Shown here in pieces: positions 9,834-21,400 of a DNA stretch of 64,000 nt. The stretch is from Opitutales bacterium (lineage in GTDB: Bacteria > Verrucomicrobiota > Verrucomicrobiia > Opitutales > UBA2987). A model generated the notes under the pieces. That model searched no databases. It was not told the DNA's origin and saw only the letters and a program-made list of their open reading frames with translations. The stretch spans positions 448,001-512,000 of the forward strand of contig CBDDEL010000015.1 in the NCBI GenBank assembly GCA_965226885.1, in the 5' to 3' direction. Made by a program: the position numbers and the translations under genes. The number at the start of each line of letters is the position of its first letter. Position 1 is the first letter of the stretch.

Positions 9834-11396
9834 CCCGGATATTTCATGAAGGGTAAAGTTTGGCTCGTTATTGCTATTGGAGATGGATTTCTTTGTATTT
9901 TGAGCAGATCGTCTTGATTTTTAGGTGTTTTTCAGGGTGTAGAGACACTGCCCCCTTTCCCCCATTGGTTCGGTAGTGCCGGGGGCAGCACCAATGCACC
10001 CTTTAGGTTGGCACCAATCGGCGGGCCGCATGGTTGAAAAGACTGGCCCAAGGATAACTCTCACTTAGGTGAAAGTGAATCGTTCGGGTGTTGCGCACGA
10101 TGACCGCTCCGATCTTGATTAATTTGAGCCGCAGGGTGTGGCATTGGGCCCGCGCCCACTTCGTCCCTTTTAAGGCTAACCGGCGCATGGCTTCCATCAA
10201 GGTGTAGGCCAGCGCCGACAAGAGCAATCGCCACTGATTGGCCCACCATTGATGGGCGCTGGTGCGCTCGCTGAACAATTGCATCTGTTCCTTGATTCGG
10301 TTCTCCATTTCACCGCGGCCACAGTATACCTTGTCGTAAAGCTCCTGGGGATCGCCCGGCAGGTTCGTCACCACGAAGCGCGGGTTGGACCCCTGTGCGG
10401 TGTGTTCGGCTTTATGGATGACCAACCGCAGCCATCGCCACGAATCGGCAGCATAGACGAAGTCCTGGAATAACCGTTGTTTTTTACCCCTTAGTTCGAA
10501 CCATTCTTTGGCCTGCTTTTGCAACTGCTGGGCGTCTTGCTGCAAGCGTGCATTGCGAGCCATCCCCACGATGTAACTAACTTCGTTGCGGTCGCACCAA
10601 GAGAGTATCCGGTCTCGACAAAATCCACTGTCGGCGCGCCAAATAATCCGCTTACGGGGCCAGCTTTGGCGAATCCGTTTAACCAGCAATTTGAGGATGG
10701 CCCCGGCATGCTTGCTGGCATCGATCTTGCTCGGCCGCAGGTAGGCCACCAGCAGCTGATCACCGCAAAAAACATATAGCGGCAGAAAACAGTAATGATC
10801 ATAATAACCGTGGAAAAAACGTCCCTCCTGGAGCCCGTGCACCGGATTGTCGGTGGCGTCAAAGTCCAGGATGATCTCTTCGGGTTCCTCGGCAAAGGAG
10901 CCCATGAACTGTTCGACCAACAGCTCGTTTACCGCAAAGGCCGCCCGCCGATCCTGCCCGTTTTCAAAACGACACAAAGTCGGCGCGCTGGCCAACGTTT
11001 CAATGCGCCCCGTTACCGTTTGCAACAATGGCTCGTGGCGCAGGGTATCAAAGTCGTTCAAATCCTCATAGCCCGCCACCAGCCCGTAAACGCGCTGCCG
11101 CAGCATCCCCACTCATGGCGTACTTTGCCCTTCTGCCGTTTGTCCACTAACTGTCGGGCCGCTCGTTCGGTCAAGCCCAACTGCCGATCCACTTCCCGGA
11201 TCAAAAGCAGTCCGGCATCCGAAGTAACCTCTCCGCCCTTGAAATCAACCCGCACACGGCGGCCTTTTACCCTTGTCAACTGTAGCTTTAATTGTTTACC
11301 TTTTGTCATCGCTGATATTGCTTTAATTATTGATCTATCCTGCTGTATATCAGCAGTTAAGCATATCAACGATACTTTTTTTACGAAATATCCGGG
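9834..11396 (-). mobile_element. IS1380-family element, copy 1, transposase frameshifted by a 4-bp deletion
   Basis: IR cccggatatttc. Reads cagcatccccactcatg at about 11101 versus cagcatccccaatacctcatg in copy 3. Flanks ctaa and ttaa differ. Confidence 0.92.
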
Positions 11397-11704
11397 TTAA
11401 AGAGAGATCCCTTGAGAATTACACCAAATCGGTTGGCAATCGTTCCATGGCCAGTCAAATGGATTTCGGAGGAACCGGTAATGATGAAAAAAGTGCATTT
11501 CGGGATAAAATAAAAAAGGCCATCGACGATTCACTGGTCATAATCCAGGAAGATCACAAAGCGGGATTGGTAGTGTATTAAGTAGGAATGGTGGCTAATT
11601 CTTGATTATATTGATGAATGAAAAGTCTCAGACAGGTTTCATGCATACTCTTAAGCTTGGAAAAGTGATGTGCACTGGAAAAAGTGGACACGAGATTCTC
11701 CTAA

Positions 11705-12016
11705 ATGGAGAATCGAAGCATGGGAAGAAGACGCTTTAGTATAGAGTTCAAAAATGAGGCAGTTCAACTGATGATACTCGATGGTCTGAGCGCCACCGAG
11801 GTATCGACCAAACTTGGGGTCAACACCAACCAATTGTATAGGTGGAAGAGGCTCTATCTGGACGATCAGCAGGGCGAAGCCACCTCAAAGCGACAGAGCA
11901 GTCCGAAGGAGATGGCGGCCGAGATAGATCGTCTTCGCAAAGAGCTGCGCCGCTCGGAGCGGATCAACCAGATACTAAAAAAAACGGTGGGCTACTTTGC
12001 CAAGGACGAACAATGA
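11705..12016 (+). CDS. IS3-family transposase OrfA
   Basis: FSIEFKNEAV...LYRWKR...ILKKTVGYFAK. Confidence 0.9.
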   Translation: MENRSMGRRRFSIEFKNEAVQLMILDGLSATEVSTKLGVNTNQLYRWKRLYLDDQQGEATSKRQSSPKEMAAEIDRLRKELRRSERINQILKKTVGYFAKDEQ

Positions 12017-12930
12017 AGTACCAGTTTGTCAAAGACAACGAGGGGCGCTTCAAGATCGAGGAAATATGCTCGGCGATGGGGATTTGTCGCAGTGGCTATT
12101 ACTGCTGGAGGCACCGAGCGCCCTCGGCCCGGCGGATCGAGGACGAGGGAATCAAGGGGGCGATCCTGAAGGTACACAAAGAGGCCAAGGGCCGCTATGG
12201 GCATCGGCCAATGCACCGCCATCTGAAGGATGATGAGGGCATCGATTGCGGCCGTGACCGGGCTCTGCGTCTGATGCGTGAAATGGGAATCAAAAGCACC
12301 CAGAGTAAACGCTTTAAGCCATTAAAAACCAACAGTAACCATCCCTATGGTTACAGCCCCAATGTGCTTAAAAAGCATGGCCAGCCGACCCATATCGACG
12401 AGGTCTGGGTGGCGGACACGACCTACCTACGGACCCTGGCCGGTTGGATGTACTTGGCCACGGTGATGGACCTGTTCAGCCGACGCCTGCTGGGCTGGAG
12501 CGTTTCCAACCACAACGACGCGAAGCTGGTTGGCAAGGCCCTCAAAGCCGCGGCCATGACCCGCGGCACACTGCGCACCGGGATTATTCATCACAGCGAT
12601 CGGGGCAGCCCCTACGCCAGCGACGACTATCAGAGGCTGGTCTCTGAACTAGGCATGAAGCCGAGCATGAGCGCCCAAGGCAACTGCTACGACAACGCGG
12701 CCATGGAATCGTTCTACGGCCGCTTCAAGACCAGCACGATTCGAGGCCGCCACTTTGCCGACGAGCGCGAACTGCGATCAACTGTCTTCGAATACGTGGA
12801 AATCTTCTACAACCGATATCGCAAACATTCCTCTCTGAGTTACCAAAGCCCAGTCCAATTCGAGGAAAATATTTGCCCCCCATGGGGGGCAACGAGAAAA
12901 CAAAACCCTTTACCAAAACAAGCCGCCTGA
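12013..12930 (+). CDS. IS3-family transposase OrfB (-1 frame relative to OrfA)
   Basis: WVADTTY, HHSDRGSPY, NCYDNAAMESF; ATGA overlap with orfA. Confidence 0.9.
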   Translation: MKYQFVKDNEGRFKIEEICSAMGICRSGYYCWRHRAPSARRIEDEGIKGAILKVHKEAKGRYGHRPMHRHLKDDEGIDCGRDRALRLMREMGIKSTQSKRFKPLKTNSNHPYGYSPNVLKKHGQPTHIDEVWVADTTYLRTLAGWMYLATVMDLFSRRLLGWSVSNHNDAKLVGKALKAAAMTRGTLRTGIIHHSDRGSPYASDDYQRLVSELGMKPSMSAQGNCYDNAAMESFYGRFKTSTIRGRHFADERELRSTVFEYVEIFYNRYRKHSSLSYQSPVQFEENICPPWGATRKQNPLPKQAA

Positions 12931-12938
12931 CACACTAA

Positions 12939-14520
12939 CCCGGATATTTCGTAAAAAAAGTATCGTTGATATGCTTAACTGCTGATATACAGCAGGATAG
13001 ATCAATAATTAAAGCAATATCAGCGATGACAAAAGGTAAACAATTAAAGCTACAGTTGACAAGGGTAAAAGGCCGCCGTGTGCGGGTTGATTTCAAGGGC
13101 GGAGAGGTTACTTCGGATGCCGGACTGCTTTTGATCCGGGAAGTGGATCGGCAGTTGGGCTTGACCGAACGAGCGGCCCGACAGTTAGTGGACAAACGGC
13201 AGAAGGGCAAAGTACGCCATGAGGTATTGGGGATGCTGCGGCAGCGCGTTTACGGGCTGGTGGCGGGCTATGAGGATTTGAACGACTTTGATACCCTGCG
13301 CCACGATCCATTGTTGCAAACGGTAACGGGGCGCATTGAAACGTTGGCCAGCGCGCCGACTTTGTGTCGTTTTGAAAACGGGCAGGATCGGCGGGCGGCC
13401 TTTGCGGTAAACGAGCTGTTGGTCGAACAGTTCATGGGCTCTTTTGCCGAGGAACCCGAAGAGATCATCCTGGACTTTGACGCCACCGACAATCCGGTGC
13501 ACGGGCTCCAGGAGGGACGTTTTTTCCACGGTTATTATGATCATTACTGTTTTCTGCCGCTATATGTTTTTTGCGGTGATCAGCTGCTGGTGGCCTACCT
13601 GCGGCCGAGCAAGATCGATGCCAGCAAGCATGCCGGGGCCATCCTCAAATTGCTGGTTAAACGGATTCGCCAAAGCTGGCCCCGTACGCGGATTATTTGG
13701 CGCGCCGACAGTGGATTTTGTCGAGACCGGATACTCTCTTGGTGCGACCGCAACGAAGTTAGTTACATCGTGGGGATGGCTCGCAATGCACGCTTGCAGC
13801 AAGACGCCCAGCAGTTGCAAAAGCAGGCCAAAGAATGGTTCGAACTAAGGGGTAAAAAACAACGGTTATTCCAGGACTTCGTCTATGCTGCCGATTCGTG
13901 GCGATGGCTGCGGTTGGTCATCCATAAAGCCGAACACACCGCACAGGGGTCCAACCCGCGCTTCGTGGTGACGAACCTGCCGGGCGATCCCCAGGAGCTT
14001 TACGACAAGGTATACTGTGGCCGCGGTGAAATGGAGAACCGAATCAAGGAACAGATGCAATTGTTCAGCGAGCGCACCAGCGCCCATCAATGGTGGGCCA
14101 ATCAGTGGCGATTGCTCTTGTCGGCGCTGGCCTACACCTTGATGGAAGCCATGCGCCGGTTAGCCTTAAAAGGGACGAAGTGGGCGCGGGCCCAATGCCA
14201 CACCCTGCGGCTCAAATTAATCAAGATCGGAGCGGTCATCGTGCGCAACACCCGAACGATTCACTTTCACCTAAGTGAGAGTTATCCTTGGGCCAGTCTT
14301 TTCAACCATGCGGCCCGCCGATTGGTGCCAACCTAAAGGGTGCATTGGTGCTGCCCCCGGCACTACCGAACCAATGGGGGAAAGGGCAATGGGGGAAAGG
14401 GGGCAGTGTCTCTACACCCTGAAAAACACCTAAAAATCAAGACGATCTGCTCAAAATACAAAGAAATCCATCTCCAATAGCAATAACGAGCCAAACTTTA
14501 CCCTTCATGAAATATCCGGG
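12939..14520 (+). mobile_element. IS1380-family element, copy 2 (1582 bp)
   Basis: IR cccggatatttc, 4-bp TSD ctaa; 15-bp internal duplication relative to copies 1 and 3. Confidence 0.95.
13026..14336 (+). CDS. IS1380-family transposase
   Basis: TSDAGLLL, GYEDLND, LDFDATD, RADSGF, YCGRGEMENRIKE. Confidence 0.93.
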   Translation: MTKGKQLKLQLTRVKGRRVRVDFKGGEVTSDAGLLLIREVDRQLGLTERAARQLVDKRQKGKVRHEVLGMLRQRVYGLVAGYEDLNDFDTLRHDPLLQTVTGRIETLASAPTLCRFENGQDRRAAFAVNELLVEQFMGSFAEEPEEIILDFDATDNPVHGLQEGRFFHGYYDHYCFLPLYVFCGDQLLVAYLRPSKIDASKHAGAILKLLVKRIRQSWPRTRIIWRADSGFCRDRILSWCDRNEVSYIVGMARNARLQQDAQQLQKQAKEWFELRGKKQRLFQDFVYAADSWRWLRLVIHKAEHTAQGSNPRFVVTNLPGDPQELYDKVYCGRGEMENRIKEQMQLFSERTSAHQWWANQWRLLLSALAYTLMEAMRRLALKGTKWARAQCHTLRLKLIKIGAVIVRNTRTIHFHLSESYPWASLFNHAARRLVPT

Positions 14521-15491
14521 CTAATCAATAAACAATGAATATAAGAGAATCCCGTGTCCAACAAATCCAGTACACGTCAAAGGAGAGGGTTTTGCGTGTG
14601 AAACGACCCAGTCGTTGGCGCAGGGTATTGTTCCATCGTTCCACATGGGCCGTTTCACCGGTTTCTTTTCCCACGGATCGGTTATGAGGAAAGACTTCAT
14701 CATAAGTGCTCCAAAAGTCGCTGTAGGTGGCACATCTTTTGTAGGCCCGTGGCAGACGCTCGTAAAGTTCCCGGCAACGATACCAATCCCGAGGCCCAAT
14801 GGCATAGGAGAGGATTTGACGGGTGCGTCGGCAAAGAGCGATCCAAACCCATTGGGCATCGCTCTTGCGCCCCACAAAAGACCACAGTTCGTCCAGTTCA
14901 ATGACATCATGGCGGCGGGCCGCAAGAATCGTGCTTTTGAGCGGTCGCAGCGATTGTCGTTTTTTTTAACCAACTCAAAACGGTGTTGGGACTCACCCCG
15001 AAGGCGCGCTGTAAACCGCGTAGACTGCTGCGTTCCTGATAGACTCGAAGGATCATTTCTTTTTGCTCTTCGGTGTATTTCACTGTGGGGTTTTCGCGGC
15101 TTTGTTTACCACAATCATGGCAGCGGTAGCGCTGTTTATGGTTGGGCGTCTTGCCAAATTTAATGATATTTTCACTTCCACAGTGCCGACAATTAATAAT
15201 TTTAGTAACCATGCACTAAGAATAAACTGCCTAACGCTATTTGTACAGCTAAAAATACCAAATAACATTCTTTTTTTATACACTACCGCGGGATTGGCGA
15301 GAATCGAGCAAAAATATTTAAATGATGTTGTGGCAGTACCCCCCGGGCAATCGGCAAGCGGGTATTTCGAACTGAGGATTCCCAAAAAAATACCCAAAAA
15401 AATAACTCTGGAAATCTCAGCCGGAGAGGAAAACATTAAATATTTATTCGATATTTCCAAACAAAAATTGTGACCTAAGCATCCGGGTTGT

Positions 15492-16432
15492 TTAGACTAA
15501 AGCTTTGAATTCACCCAATTTTTGAAGGTCATCGACGACGGCGTAGCTGTCCTCTTCGCCGAGGGATTTTAGGGGGGGCAAGACTGTTTTTCCGCACAAG
15601 CCTAGCGAATCCAAACCCGTCTTCAATGCGGCTATGGTTTGCGGTAAATTTCTTCCTTTTCTTAAAACTTCGATTACCTGGTTCATTCGGTTTTGTGCCG
15701 CCGCCGCCTCTTCCGTATTACCGCAAATGGCGCTTTCATAGAGTTGGCTTGCGCCTTCCGGATCAAAATTTCCGGAACTTGGAACAAGGCCGTCGGAACC
15801 TTCGTTGAGGACTCTTAAGGAAAGAGATGTGCAACCTACCAATATGGCGAAGTTCTCTTTTTTCCCAAGACGGTTGTTGAGTTCACTCAAACGTTCGGCA
15901 TTGAACTCGGAGTCTTTAATGCCTATTATATTGGGGTGCTCATGCAATTTTTGCAATACATCCAACGGCACTGACAAATTTGTCGTTTGCGGAATATTAT
16001 AAATTAAAAGAGGACTTTCCACCCGGTTGGCCAGCTCTTCGTAGTAGTCGTAAAAAACATCTTCATTGACGGGGTAGTAAAAGGGCGGATGAGCCACCAC
16101 GGCATCGACTCCACAATCATGGGAATGTTGCGCCAACTCCAGCGAATGCTCCAGGCAATTGTCCGCAATACCGGTATAAAAAAGTCCCTTTTCGCCAACT
16201 TCTTTTGCCGCCAGGCTGATCCCAGGCTGATCAATTGCTTGCGCATTGAAAATGGCATGGAAAGGGCTTCCCCGGTGGTCCCAAGGACAAAGATGCCATG
16301 ACATCCACCGCCCAGGATGTGTTCGATCAAACGGCAGACGGCTTTCTCATCGAGTTCTCTATTAGCGGTAAAAGGCGTTACCATGGGCACGATTACGCCG
16401 CTGTGTTTTTTCTTCTTTTCAGTTAGCATCAT
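15492..16432 (-). pseudogene. Dihydrodipicolinate synthase/N-acetylneuraminate lyase family class I aldolase, frameshifted
   Basis: PMVTPF, LGTTGE, IYNIP and IGIKDS are split over two frames by the 11-bp duplication ccaggctgatc at 16211-16232. Confidence 0.88.
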
Positions 16433-16752
16433 AAATTATATTAAATTAAGTTTAGTAGTTATCAATAAGCCGCTCTATAAATAGCGCAAGCGGCCTCTTC
16501 CGTACGGAAACCTTCTTCCGCGCACTGGATTACGCAACCATGCCAAACACAAGACATCCAGAATTGAGAAAATTGATGATTCGCATTAGCAATAATATTT
16601 AAACTTGGCAGTTGAAAAAATTTGTCATCCACATTGAAAGATGAAATACAATGGTGCAACTTGTTAAGTTAATTCATTATACGAAAATTGGAAATAAAAA
16701 GTATTAGCATTTCTCATTTTAACCCTGTTATTGTAATCGATTGGAGAAAAGA

Positions 16753-18255
16753 ATGAAGATTCTCATTAAATATCATGCTGCCTTACTAATTTTATGCATC
16801 AACTTGACCTGCCTTGGCGGAGACGGTGATGTTCATTTTGCCACCGGTTTTAAAATCGGTGAAGTTTCCCATCACAGCGCCATTGTCTGGACTCGGCTCA
16901 CGGCGGCTCCGCAGGCCCATAAAGATGGTGTTGTTCCTTTTCCAAAAATGAGCAGAACCAGGGTCTTCGTTGAATTTCCCGACATTCCGGCCGGTCAGTG
17001 GGAGGGCGCCGCTCCCGGCGCGCCCGGTGAAGTCAGGCTGGCATTGGCCGTAACGCCCGATTTCTCCGCACCTCAATGGACTGTCTGGAAACCGGTCGAT
17101 GCGGGGGCAGATTTTACGCATTCTTTTCAACTGACCGGCCTCGATTCCGCCCAACGTTATTATATCAAATTGGAGGGGCGTTCGGCAGCGGGAGAATCGG
17201 TGACCGAAAGCGATTGGGGGTCGTTTAAAACCGCGGCGCCTTCCGATAAGTGGGAAGATGTCTGGTTTACGGTCAACACCTGTCAGGTTTATTATCAAAG
17301 AGATCATGCGGACGGTTTTCAGGTATTTCCCGCTATGAGCCGGTTGGAGCCTCATTTCCAGGATTATCCAAACTTCAGTGTTTTTACAGGCGACAGCGTA
17401 TATTATGATCGGGATAACCCACGCGCCTCGACGGTGGATCTTTGTCGCCTTCATTGGCAGAGAATGTATGCCCTGCCGTTGATAAAAAACTATCTCCGCC
17501 ATGTGCCCGCTTACTGGGAAAAGGACGACCACGACACCTTTTTTGACGATTGCTGGCAAACTTACGACGCCCCCTGGATTGCTCCGCTCACATATGCCGA
17601 AGGGGCCGGTGTTTTTCTCGAACAGGTTCCCATGAGCCCGCAGCTTTACCGCACCTTTCGCTGGGGGAAGGGCCTTCAAATTTGGCTGGTTGAAGGCAGG
17701 GATTTCAGGTCGCCAAACGATATGCCGGATGGTCCGGAAAAAACCATTTGGGGCAAAGAACAAAAAGAATGGCTCAAGCGTTCCATATTGGAAAGCGATG
17801 CTACCTTTAAAATCTTGGTCAGCCCGACTGCCATTGTGGGACCGGACAATAGTGAGCAGGAAGACAATCATGCCAATCCGGCTTTTTATCACGAGGGTAA
17901 AGAATTCCGGGATTGGACCTGGAAAAATAAATTGAAAAATTTTTACGTCGCTTGCGGCGACCGGCATTGGCAATACATGTCCACCGATCCGATCAGCGGA
18001 CTGCGCGAATTCGCCAGCGGTCCCTCCAGCGATAAGAGTGTCCTCCAGGGACCGGGCATGAGTCCCAATTACCATTCCTTTTACCGGAACGGCGGCGGAT
18101 TCTTAAGTGTCAGCCTGAAAAAAGGCCTTCGCAAGGTTCTCGCCCATCCCCAAAGAGTGATCGAAATCGACGGCGTCCCCACCATCACCTTTCGCTTTCA
18201 CGATGTGAACGGAAAAGTCGTTTACGAATACCGCGATACCGCAACGGACTCCTGA
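16753..18255 (+). CDS. PhoD-like alkaline phosphatase/phosphodiesterase, secreted
   Basis: Signal peptide, IVWTR, TGDSVYYD, DDHD, GKEQKEWLK, GDRHWQY. Confidence 0.85.
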   Translation: MKILIKYHAALLILCINLTCLGGDGDVHFATGFKIGEVSHHSAIVWTRLTAAPQAHKDGVVPFPKMSRTRVFVEFPDIPAGQWEGAAPGAPGEVRLALAVTPDFSAPQWTVWKPVDAGADFTHSFQLTGLDSAQRYYIKLEGRSAAGESVTESDWGSFKTAAPSDKWEDVWFTVNTCQVYYQRDHADGFQVFPAMSRLEPHFQDYPNFSVFTGDSVYYDRDNPRASTVDLCRLHWQRMYALPLIKNYLRHVPAYWEKDDHDTFFDDCWQTYDAPWIAPLTYAEGAGVFLEQVPMSPQLYRTFRWGKGLQIWLVEGRDFRSPNDMPDGPEKTIWGKEQKEWLKRSILESDATFKILVSPTAIVGPDNSEQEDNHANPAFYHEGKEFRDWTWKNKLKNFYVACGDRHWQYMSTDPISGLREFASGPSSDKSVLQGPGMSPNYHSFYRNGGGFLSVSLKKGLRKVLAHPQRVIEIDGVPTITFRFHDVNGKVVYEYRDTATDS

Positions 18256-18308
18256 CAACACGGTCCGGCACGACCTGGTATTGCGGGGGATCTGTTGCAT
18301 GAATGCAT

Positions 18309-18350
18309 AAAAAAAACCAGCCCTTCACGGGATTACCGTAAAGGGCTGGT
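18309..18350 (-). terminator. Intrinsic terminator downstream of the TonB receptor
   Basis: Hairpin accagccctt...aagggctggt followed by T8 on the minus strand. Confidence 0.75.
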
Positions 18351-18433
18351 CAAATTGAAATCGCGTGCGTCGCGCCGCCCCCAATTCAGTTAGAAAGAAA
18401 CCACCAAGGGGCGCGCGGCTTGGTTTTATTTAT

Positions 18434-21400
18434 TTAGTAATTCCAGCGAAGACCGAACCTCCATACGGAACCGAATTGTTCAATCGTGTTTATGCGGCGG
18501 GCGGTGTTTCCAAACCAGCGGATGTCCTGTTGATCGGTGAGGTTGGTCACGTTGAAGTAGGCGGTCCAGTGATCGTTAATTTTATAGCTGGCCTGGGCGT
18601 CCCACTGTTCGCGGGGAGCATCGTAGCGATCGCCAAAATCATCGCCGGGATCGTCCACTTCGTCAAAACTCTCGCTTTGGTAGCGGAAGGCGACACGGCC
18701 CTGAAAGCGCCCCTTCTGGTACCAGAGGGCGGCATTGGCGATCTTCGAGGGCTGTTGGAAGAATGGAGTTTGATCGGCCAGATCGCGCCTTTCGATGATG
18801 TCAAATTCCGATTGGATGAAGGTGACATTCGCGTCAATCCCGAAACCATCCAGGGGTTGCGGAAGAAAGGAGAGGGGAAGTGCAGCAGAAAGCTCAATGC
18901 CGGTCACCCGGCCATGTTCGGCGTTATCCCAGCCCTCCATTCTCAGCTCGTTGACAATATCGGCAGGATTAAGAAAGGAGGTATTGACGATGCAAGCGCA
19001 TCTTTCCTGAATGATTTGTGTGGCATCAGCGACGGTGTTATCCGGCCTGTCGGCAAAATCCCGGTCCCTGCTTTCAAATGAGAAGATAGGATTATCGATC
19101 TCCTTGTGAAAAGCGGCAAACGAGAAGGCGGCCCCCCAGTCGGTGTAATACTCGAGCGAGATGTCATAATTATATGCGTAGTAGGGTTGTAGCTTGGGGT
19201 TGCGAATACGGGCCCGCAGCTCGTCCAGTTCGGCAGGATTATCCCCGTCGCGGGGTTCATCCAGGGTGATCTCCATGCGGGTGATGGGCGCTGCATCCTC
19301 AAAATTCGGCCGGCCGGTGGCCGTCGTGAAGGCAGCGCGCAGCTGCAGGTTATCCGATATCCTGAAGAGGGCCTGAACATTCGGGAAGATATCGTCGTAA
19401 CTAAAGCTGGATTGTGACGTTTCCAGGCAGAAAGACGATTCGGCTTCGGAGTTGAAGGTGTCGCAGGGCGAGCCAATTTCGCTCTCGAAGTCATCAAAAC
19501 GTGTCCATTGATTGGCGGTGATATCAACATCCGTGTTTTCGATCCGAACGCCGCCCACCAGAGTGAGCTTTTCCCCGATATCGACAGAGACCATCCCGTA
19601 AAAGGAAAGAATCTTTTCGTCCAGGTCGTAATCGTCCTCGATGTTGTTTTCCGAACTTTCCACTTCATTGACCACAAATGGGAAGAGAGTGCTGCCGGCA
19701 ACCGGATTGGTGCCCCCCATGGACTCCTGCCAAGGCGTCCTGAACTGTAATTCAATGCCCGAGTCGTATAAACCCAATACATTTCGCGCCGGAACCGTGC
19801 TGTTCGGGAAATCCGCCGCCGAGGGCCGGATGGCTTCGCCTTTTCTGAAGACATTCTCGCGATCCCCACATGTTTGCGGATCCACCGTTTCGGTGCAAAA
19901 TACCGGTCGGAAGGAGTTGTCGTCGATCAGCCGGTTGCGGTTGAAGTATTTGAACCCTGCCTTTACGAAACCGGAGTTGCCGCTGCCGAAGAAATTGTCG
20001 AAATCCCACTGCAGGTCAATCTTCGGGATATAGGTGTTCTCCTCGACCAGGGAGTCGTCGATTCGATTCCGGCGGTGGGCCAGACGCGAGCCGTCCGTTG
20101 CCGCTACCCTCGGAATGGTCACATTGGGAAGGGGGCCGGAAAAGTCGAAAAGGACCGGGATGGGGTCGCCGCCGGTGGGGCCGTCGATTTCAGCCAATCT
20201 TTGATTGCCCTCATCATACCTTAATCCATCGCCTTCAGGATCGAGAAAGAAGGGCAAAGGTGTGCCATTGAAATCCATAAGTGGAGCGTCGCTCGCCCGC
20301 ATGACCATCTCGCCCTCGGCCAAACGGCCCCGGAACTGGATCTGACCCTCATAGATAACCTTCTCCTTGGCGTTGGAATAGGTAAGCTCTGTGGTCACCG
20401 TGAGGTTGCCCCAGCGCTTCTTGCCGCCCACCGTGATGTTGATGAGGCTCTGCTCCCTCTTTTCTATGCCGATACGCTGCTGGAGGGCGTCCACGGAGGG
20501 AAACCACAGCTGGGTGGGGGAAGTCAGAAAAGGGGAGAGCCGGTCGTCGCGGGAACCGCCTTCCGTCAGGTAAGCCTGATCCTCTTCATAATCGAGGCGA
20601 TCTCCTTCCAGTGTGATCTCAATACCCTCTTCCCACTCTATGAACCGGTTCCAGATACCGTTGAGGTAGAACTCGGTGTCTTCATTGGGCTTAAATTCGA
20701 TCTTGGTGTTGAGTCCGATCCGTTGGCGGTTGCCGAACTCGGGAATAACTTCCAGGTCATTGATATAGGCATAATCTTCGACTTCGCCCTCAAAAACGCC
20801 GTCATTGTCGAAATCGGTCAGGAAATCATCCTTGTCCCAGCGCATATCCATGGCTTCGTTTTCGTAAGGGCGCCATTCGTAGGTCGCCGAGAGGGCGACT
20901 CCCAGTTTCCTTTCAGCTCCCATGCGCTTTGCCCAGGTGACCTCTGCGCGGTAGGGGTAATCTTCCGGTTGGTCGGCGTAACCGCCCTCAATGGAACCGT
21001 TAAAATACCCTTCTTCCCTATCGAAGGCGCTGGCCGTCTTGATTTCAATGGTGCCGCCGAGTCCCTGTGCGTCCATATCCGGGGTAATCGCCTTGATCAC
21101 CTCAAGCTGCGAGATCTGCGAGGAACCGATAACATCAAGTGGCATGGCCCGCCCAGCGCGGCCATCAACACCCGGGTTGGCCACGCTGGCCCCATTGATG
21201 GTCACATTGTTGAGGGACGGGGCGATGCCTCGAATGGAGATAAATCGGCCTTCACCATTGGACATGTCCAAAGAAACACCGGGCAGGCGCACGAGAGCGT
21301 CGGCCACGTTACGGTCCGGGATTTGTCCCACCGAATCGGCTGAAAGAATGTCGCGGATGCTTGGAGCCGTCTTTTTCTGCTGCAGAGCCAAGGCCCGGCC

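Larger units (their letters stand above)
11666..14579 (+). mobile_element. IS3-family element 'b' (about 1328 bp net) with IS1380 inserted near its right end
   Basis: IR tgatgtgcactggaaaaagtggacacgagattctc / tgacgtgtactggatttgttggacacgggattctc; TSD aag. Confidence 0.93.
11569..15287 (-). mobile_element. IS1-family copy C carrying nested IS3-b and IS1380
   Basis: Both GGTAGTGTAT IRs are present. 8-bp TSD gcgggatt at 11561-11568 and 15288-15295. Confidence 0.95.
11397..15473 (+). pseudogene. Hypothetical protein remnant split by the nested IS stack (11397..11568 plus 15296..15473), 5' part missing
   Basis: Removing IS1 copy C and one TSD joins ...IIQEDHKAG to LARIEQKYLNDVVAVPPGQSASGYFEL...KQKL* in frame. 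Confidence 0.6.
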
